DNA of 64,000 nt, from contig JALSRM010000037.1 of assembly GCA_026984775.1 (NCBI GenBank), positions 49,604-113,603 of the forward strand. The letters are read 5' to 3'. The DNA is from Gammaproteobacteria bacterium (GTDB taxonomy: Bacteria > Pseudomonadota > Gammaproteobacteria > CAJXQU01). Positions 60,232-64,000 of the stretch are shown in pieces. A model generated the notes under the pieces. The model ran no database searches. It worked only from the letters and a program-made list of their open reading frames with translations, and had not been told where the DNA came from. Both the position numbers and the translations under genes were made by a program. Within the stretch, counting starts at the first letter, position 1. Every line of letters begins with the position of its first letter.

Positions 60232-60732
60232 TTATTCCTCGACCACTTCTGCTTTTGTGATCACGATGTCTTCTTCTGGGACGTCCTGCATACCGTGCTT
60301 GACTGTGGTTTTGACACCTTTCATTTCGTTTACCACATCCATACCCTCGATCACTTCCCCGAAAACACAATACCCCCAGCCATTGGGCGTCTCACTGGTA
60401 AAGTTGAGAAAATCGTTATCAGCGACGTTGATAAAAAATTGGGCGGAGGCCGAGTGTGGATCCATGGTTCTGGCCATGGCTATGGTTCCAGTTTTGTTGG
60501 GCAACCCGTTATTGGCTTCATTTTTGACAGTGTTCGGTGCCGGTTTTTGCGTCATATCGGGAAGATGACCACCTCCCTGGACCATGAAGTTATCGATGAT
60601 TCTGTGAAAAATGGTGCCATCATAATGGCCAGATTTCACATAAGAAACAAAATTCTTCACTGTCTCCGGTGCTTTTTCTTCATCCAGTTCGAGCAAAATA
60701 TCACCCAGGGTGGTTTCCAGTTTAACTTTCAT
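60232..60732 (-). CDS. ppiB: Peptidyl-prolyl cis-trans isomerase B (cytoplasmic cyclophilin)
   Basis: Cyclophilin motifs ([30 protein letters not shown]); start taken at [12 protein letters not shown] to match the E. coli PpiB N-terminus. Confidence 0.9.
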   Translation of the reverse strand: MKVKLETTLGDILLELDEEKAPETVKNFVSYVKSGHYDGTIFHRIIDNFMVQGGGHLPDMTQKPAPNTVKNEANNGLPNKTGTIAMARTMDPHSASAQFFINVADNDFLNFTSETPNGWGYCVFGEVIEGMDVVNEMKGVKTTVKHGMQDVPEEDIVITKAEVVEE

Positions 60733-61336
60733 TGCTTCTTTCCTTTGTTTTTTCAATGAGATAGGCTTTTTCTATGAGGCCGCTGGTTTGAGGTACATCG
60801 GTACCGAATGGACCTTTGACTCCTGTGGGTACCGAACTGATCTTGTCAGCCACATCCATGCCTTCGACGACCCGACCGAAAACGGTGTGCCCCCAGGCAC
60901 GCGGGCTGGGTTCTGAATGGTCCAGAAAAGGGTTGTCCACGGTATTGATAAAGAACTGGACCGTCGCAGAATGAGAGTCACTTGTCCGTGCCATGGCAAG
61001 GGTCCCGCGGAGATTGGAAAGACCATTGTCAGCTTCGTTCTTGATGGGCGGATGGGTTCTTTTCTGCTTGAGTATTTTATTAAACCCATCGCCCTGGATC
61101 ATGAAACCTTCTTCAACATAACGAAGAAAGTTTTTCATCGTAACCGGGGGTTTTTCGGCATTGACCTCCAGTTCGATAGTGCCAAGCGTGATCTGGCATG
61201 CGACACTGGGACTCTCCTCCGCTTGTGCAGTTAAACACAGACAGGTGAAAAGACCGAAGATCCAGCTGAGAAAAATATTTTTTATCAAGGTTCCTGCTCC
61301 AATATGGTTTATGGAATAGGCGGAATAATGTAACAT
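60722..61336 (-). CDS. ppiA: Peptidyl-prolyl cis-trans isomerase A (periplasmic cyclophilin with signal peptide)
   Basis: Signal peptide ...[14 protein letters not shown] followed by a cyclophilin domain ([24 protein letters not shown]). Confidence 0.85.
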   Translation of the reverse strand: MLHYSAYSINHIGAGTLIKNIFLSWIFGLFTCLCLTAQAEESPSVACQITLGTIELEVNAEKPPVTMKNFLRYVEEGFMIQGDGFNKILKQKRTHPPIKNEADNGLSNLRGTLAMARTSDSHSATVQFFINTVDNPFLDHSEPSPRAWGHTVFGRVVEGMDVADKISSVPTGVKGPFGTDVPQTSGLIEKAYLIEKTKERSNES

Positions 61337-61372
61337 GCGCTGCCTGTGTGACGCTATGAGAACGAGCAAGAA

Positions 61373-62755
61373 GTGCTACAAATCTACAATACTCTGACCA
61401 GAAAAAAAGAGCCGCTTAGAACCATAGAACCAGGCAAGGTAAAGATCTATGTCTGTGGTATGACGGTGTACGATTTTTGTCATATCGGTCACGCTCGGGT
61501 GATGGTGGTGTTCGACGTGGTCGTCCGCTATCTACGCTACCGTGGATACGAAGTCACTTACGTGCGTAACATTACCGATATTGATGACAAAATCATCACC
61601 CGAGCCAATGAAAACGGTGAGAGCATTACAGAACTAACCCGCCGTTTTATTCATTTCATGAATGAAGATACCGAGGCACTAGGTGTCCTTCGGCCCGATC
61701 ACGAACCCAGGGCAACAGAACACATTGGTGAAATCATCGCCATGATCCAAAAGCTGATCGAGAAAGAGAAAGCGTACCGAGCAGAGAATGGCGATGTCTA
61801 TTATGATGTCAGTTCCTTTGAGGGCTATGGCAAACTCTCCGGTAAGAATATTGAGGATCTGCGTGCGGGAGAACGGGTAGCAGTAGATGAGGCAAAAGAC
61901 GATCCGTTGGATTTTGTGCTCTGGAAAGCGGCCAAGCCGGGAGAACCGAGCTGGGACTCACCATGGGGACCCGGGCGCCCAGGCTGGCATATTGAATGTT
62001 CCGCCATGTCCACCAGCCACCTTGGGGCTAACTTCGATATCCATGGCGGAGGACAAGATCTGCAATTTCCGCATCATGAAAATGAAATTGCCCAGTCAGA
62101 GGCTGCCACCGGCTGCCATTTTGCCAACATCTGGATGCATAATGGATTCGTTCGTGTCGATGATGAAAAGATGTCCAAATCTCTGGGTAATTTCTTCACC
62201 ATCCGTGACGTTCTGGCGCGCTATCCTGCCGAAGTCGTGCGTTATTTCATCCTTACCAGTCATTATCGGAGTCCGCTCAATTATTCTGACGAGCACCTAG
62301 ATCAGGCAAAGGGAGCGCTCACTCGGCTTTATACCGCTTTGCGCGGGATCACACCAAAAGAGGTTGCAGATGGAGGCGTATATGAAAAGCGTTTTCAGGA
62401 AGCAATGGATGACGATTTCAATACACCGGCGGCACTCTCTATCCTGTTTGATTTGGCAAGGGATATCAATTCCAACAGAGATACTCCTGAAAAGGCCGCT
62501 GAGCTGGCAGGAATCTTGAAAAGACTGAGTGGTGTATTGGGCCTTCTGCAGAATGACCCTGAGCATTTCCTGCGTGGTGGTTTCAGCGCGAAAGCATCCC
62601 TGGATGAAATGGAGATTGAGGAATTAATCGAACAGCGCCTAAAGGCCAGAGAGCGAAAAGACTGGAACGAGTCCGATCGGATCCGTGATCTGCTTGCTGA
62701 AAAGGGGATCCTCCTTGAGGATACGCCCCAAGGAACAACTTGGCGCAGAAAGTGA
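61373..62755 (+). CDS. cysS: Cysteinyl-tRNA synthetase
   Basis: [14 protein letters not shown]-terminus, HIGH (CHIGHAR) and KMSKS motifs; 460 aa. Confidence 0.95.
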   Translation: MLQIYNTLTRKKEPLRTIEPGKVKIYVCGMTVYDFCHIGHARVMVVFDVVVRYLRYRGYEVTYVRNITDIDDKIITRANENGESITELTRRFIHFMNEDTEALGVLRPDHEPRATEHIGEIIAMIQKLIEKEKAYRAENGDVYYDVSSFEGYGKLSGKNIEDLRAGERVAVDEAKDDPLDFVLWKAAKPGEPSWDSPWGPGRPGWHIECSAMSTSHLGANFDIHGGGQDLQFPHHENEIAQSEAATGCHFANIWMHNGFVRVDDEKMSKSLGNFFTIRDVLARYPAEVVRYFILTSHYRSPLNYSDEHLDQAKGALTRLYTALRGITPKEVADGGVYEKRFQEAMDDDFNTPAALSILFDLARDINSNRDTPEKAAELAGILKRLSGVLGLLQNDPEHFLRGGFSAKASLDEMEIEELIEQRLKARERKDWNESDRIRDLLAEKGILLEDTPQGTTWRRK

Positions 62756-62809
62756 TTTTTGTATTGACGGGCGCAACGTCCGTGCGTATCATTCCCAACC
62801 TTCGTCAGG

Positions 62810-62886
62810 CGGGGCATAGCGCAGTCTGGTAGCGCATCTGCTTTGGGAGCAGAGGGTCGGGGGTTCGAATCCCTCTGCCCCGACCA
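62810..62886 (+). tRNA. tRNA-Pro (anticodon TGG)
   Basis: Cloverleaf: acceptor CGGGGCA/TGCCCCG, anticodon loop TTTGGGA, T-arm GGTTCGAATCC, 3' CCA encoded. Confidence 0.85.
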
Positions 62887-62915
62887 ATACGAAAATTCCT
62901 GACTGGAAATACAGT

Positions 62916-62992
62916 GCGCCTGTAGCTCAACCGGATAGAGCACCGGCCTTCTAAGCCGGGGGTTGCAGGTTCGAGTCCTGCCGGGCGCGCCA
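62916..62992 (+). tRNA. tRNA-Arg (anticodon TCT)
   Basis: Acceptor GCGCCTG/CGGGCGC, anticodon loop CTTCTAA, T-arm GGTTCGAGTCC, CCA encoded. Confidence 0.85.
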
Positions 62993-63052
62993 GCCGTCCA
63001 GGCCGAGTGACTTGTCCCGGTTTTGGAGTCATACTAAAATTGCTACTACAAT

Positions 63053-63129
63053 GGTGAACGTAGCTCAGTTGGTAGAGCCCTGGGTTGTGATCCCGGTGGT
63101 CGTGGGTTCGAGTCCCATCGTTCACCCCA
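63053..63129 (+). tRNA. tRNA-His (anticodon GTG) with extra 5' G(-1)
   Basis: GGTGAACGTAGCTCAGTTGGTAGAGC...TTGTGAT...GGTTCGAGTCC...TTCACCCCA; closely resembles E. coli tRNA-His. Confidence 0.85.
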
Positions 63130-63151
63130 TTTTCCTTTGACTAGAATCGAT

Positions 63152-63227
63152 GGGTCATTAGCTCAACTGGTAGAGCACCGGACTCTTAATCCGTTGGTTC
63201 GGGGTTCGAGTCCCCGATGACCCACCA
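63152..63227 (+). tRNA. tRNA-Lys (anticodon CTT)
   Basis: GGGTCATTAGCTCAACTGGTAGAGC...anticodon loop CTCTTAA...GGTTCGAGTCC...GACCCACCA; resembles E. coli tRNA-Lys except for the CTT anticodon. Confidence 0.8.
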
Positions 63228-63493
63228 TTTCTGTTTTTGCCGTATTTCATGCCGTCCCAAGGAATTCACATGGCGGTATTTCCCTGATTGCAATCACGCT
63301 TGTGTAACCAGGGGAGAAAATTCAACGGCCTTACCCGTAAGGAATTCTGCTTCTATTGGGACTCTGATCACAGTAGGTACAGAGGAATGACCTCAATGGA
63401 CGCTGGGCAAAGACAGATCGGCGGTGGCCTATCGATGACGCCATCCAGAATAGGAGATGCATAGTTAGGAATTTCTTCTGACTAGAGAAGGAG

Positions 63494-64000
63494 TTACGAG
63501 AGGTTATCTTTTATCCAATCTGCAACGCTTGCCAAAGCCGTTTCAAGCCCGGCTGGATTATCCCCCCCAGCCTGGGCCATGTCAGGCCGGCCGCCACCTT
63601 TGCCACCTACTTGCTGAGCGACGAAATTGACCAGCTTCCCGGCGTGGATCCGGTCGGTGGTATCTTTGGTTACACCTGAGACCAGTCTGACCTTTCCACC
63701 ATGGACACTGGCCAGTACGATTGCGGCCGTTTTGAGTTTATTCTTCAATTGATCCATTGTCTCACGCAGCGTATCAACGTCGGCACCTTCAAGTCGGGCA
63801 GCAACAACTTTTATCCCATCAACGTCAATTGCATTCTCGATCAGATCAGAACCGGAAAGACTGGCCAATTTACCTTTGAGCGATTGCAGTTCTTTGTCGA
63901 GTTGACGACTCTTCTGCATCAGCTGTTCGATCCTGGATTTCAGTTTGTCAGGGGATGTTTTCAACAGCGAAGCCAAGTTCAGCAGGGTTTGCTCTGTTTT
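63494..64000 (-). CDS. alaS: Alanyl-tRNA synthetase, C-terminal (DHHA1) part; gene continues beyond window end
   Basis: ...VNFVAQQVGGKGGGRPDMAQAGG... is the conserved AlaS C-terminal motif; the ORF is open at the window edge. Confidence 0.8.
   Translation of the reverse strand, partial: KTEQTLLNLASLLKTSPDKLKSRIEQLMQKSRQLDKELQSLKGKLASLSGSDLIENAIDVDGIKVVAARLEGADVDTLRETMDQLKNKLKTAAIVLASVHGGKVRLVSGVTKDTTDRIHAGKLVNFVAQQVGGKGGGRPDMAQAGGDNPAGLETALASVADWIKDNLS

Noticed and set aside
1-64000. Mobile elements (IS, integrase, phage) or CRISPR arrays
   Set aside because: No transposase/integrase-like translation, no terminal inverted repeats bracketing a gene, and no regularly spaced direct repeats were found anywhere in the window.

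Overview
This 64-kb window looks like a gammaproteobacterial chromosomal segment made mostly of core genes. Local gene order (comEC-exbB-exbD-lpxK-ycaR-kdsB-ptpA; aat-bpt-infA; ppsR/ppsA; mltD-yafS-like-rnhA-dnaQ; lpxH-ppiB-ppiA-cysS-tRNA cluster) resembles Pseudomonas-like genomes. No transposase, integrase, phage gene, CRISPR array or rRNA was recognised. Three accessory patches stand out. (1) Positions 20.4-30.8 kb contain a SqrR/BigR-like ArsR-family regulator operon (arsR-DUF2892-DUF3365 c-type haem protein), an uncharacterised three-gene module (receiver-domain protein, P-loop GTPase-like protein, Roadblock/LC7 protein), sulfide:quinone oxidoreductase, and an MMPL-RND + LolA-like + outer-membrane-barrel export trio. 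A related palindrome (TGCTAATAT..ATATTAG) sits both at the regulator gene and in the sqr/MMPL divergent promoter. (2) Positions 52.7-57.0 kb contain an arsenosugar/organoarsenical biosynthesis cluster (arsS-arsM-glycosyltransferase-fatty-acid hydroxylase-glycosyltransferase). Next to it, at 57.0-59.5 kb, is an AT-rich stretch of decayed genes: a frameshifted CelD/BioF2-like acetyltransferase and an Asp-beta-hydroxylase-like gene. (3) Two more Roadblock/LC7-like small proteins lie in tandem beside ilvD. The candidate previously undescribed system is the receiver + GTPase-like + Roadblock module at 21.9-24.4 kb (MglA/MglB- or conservon-like); the tandem Roadblock pair at 50.2-51.0 kb is a secondary candidate. 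All assignments rest on motif and architecture recognition by eye from the translations. No database search was run.
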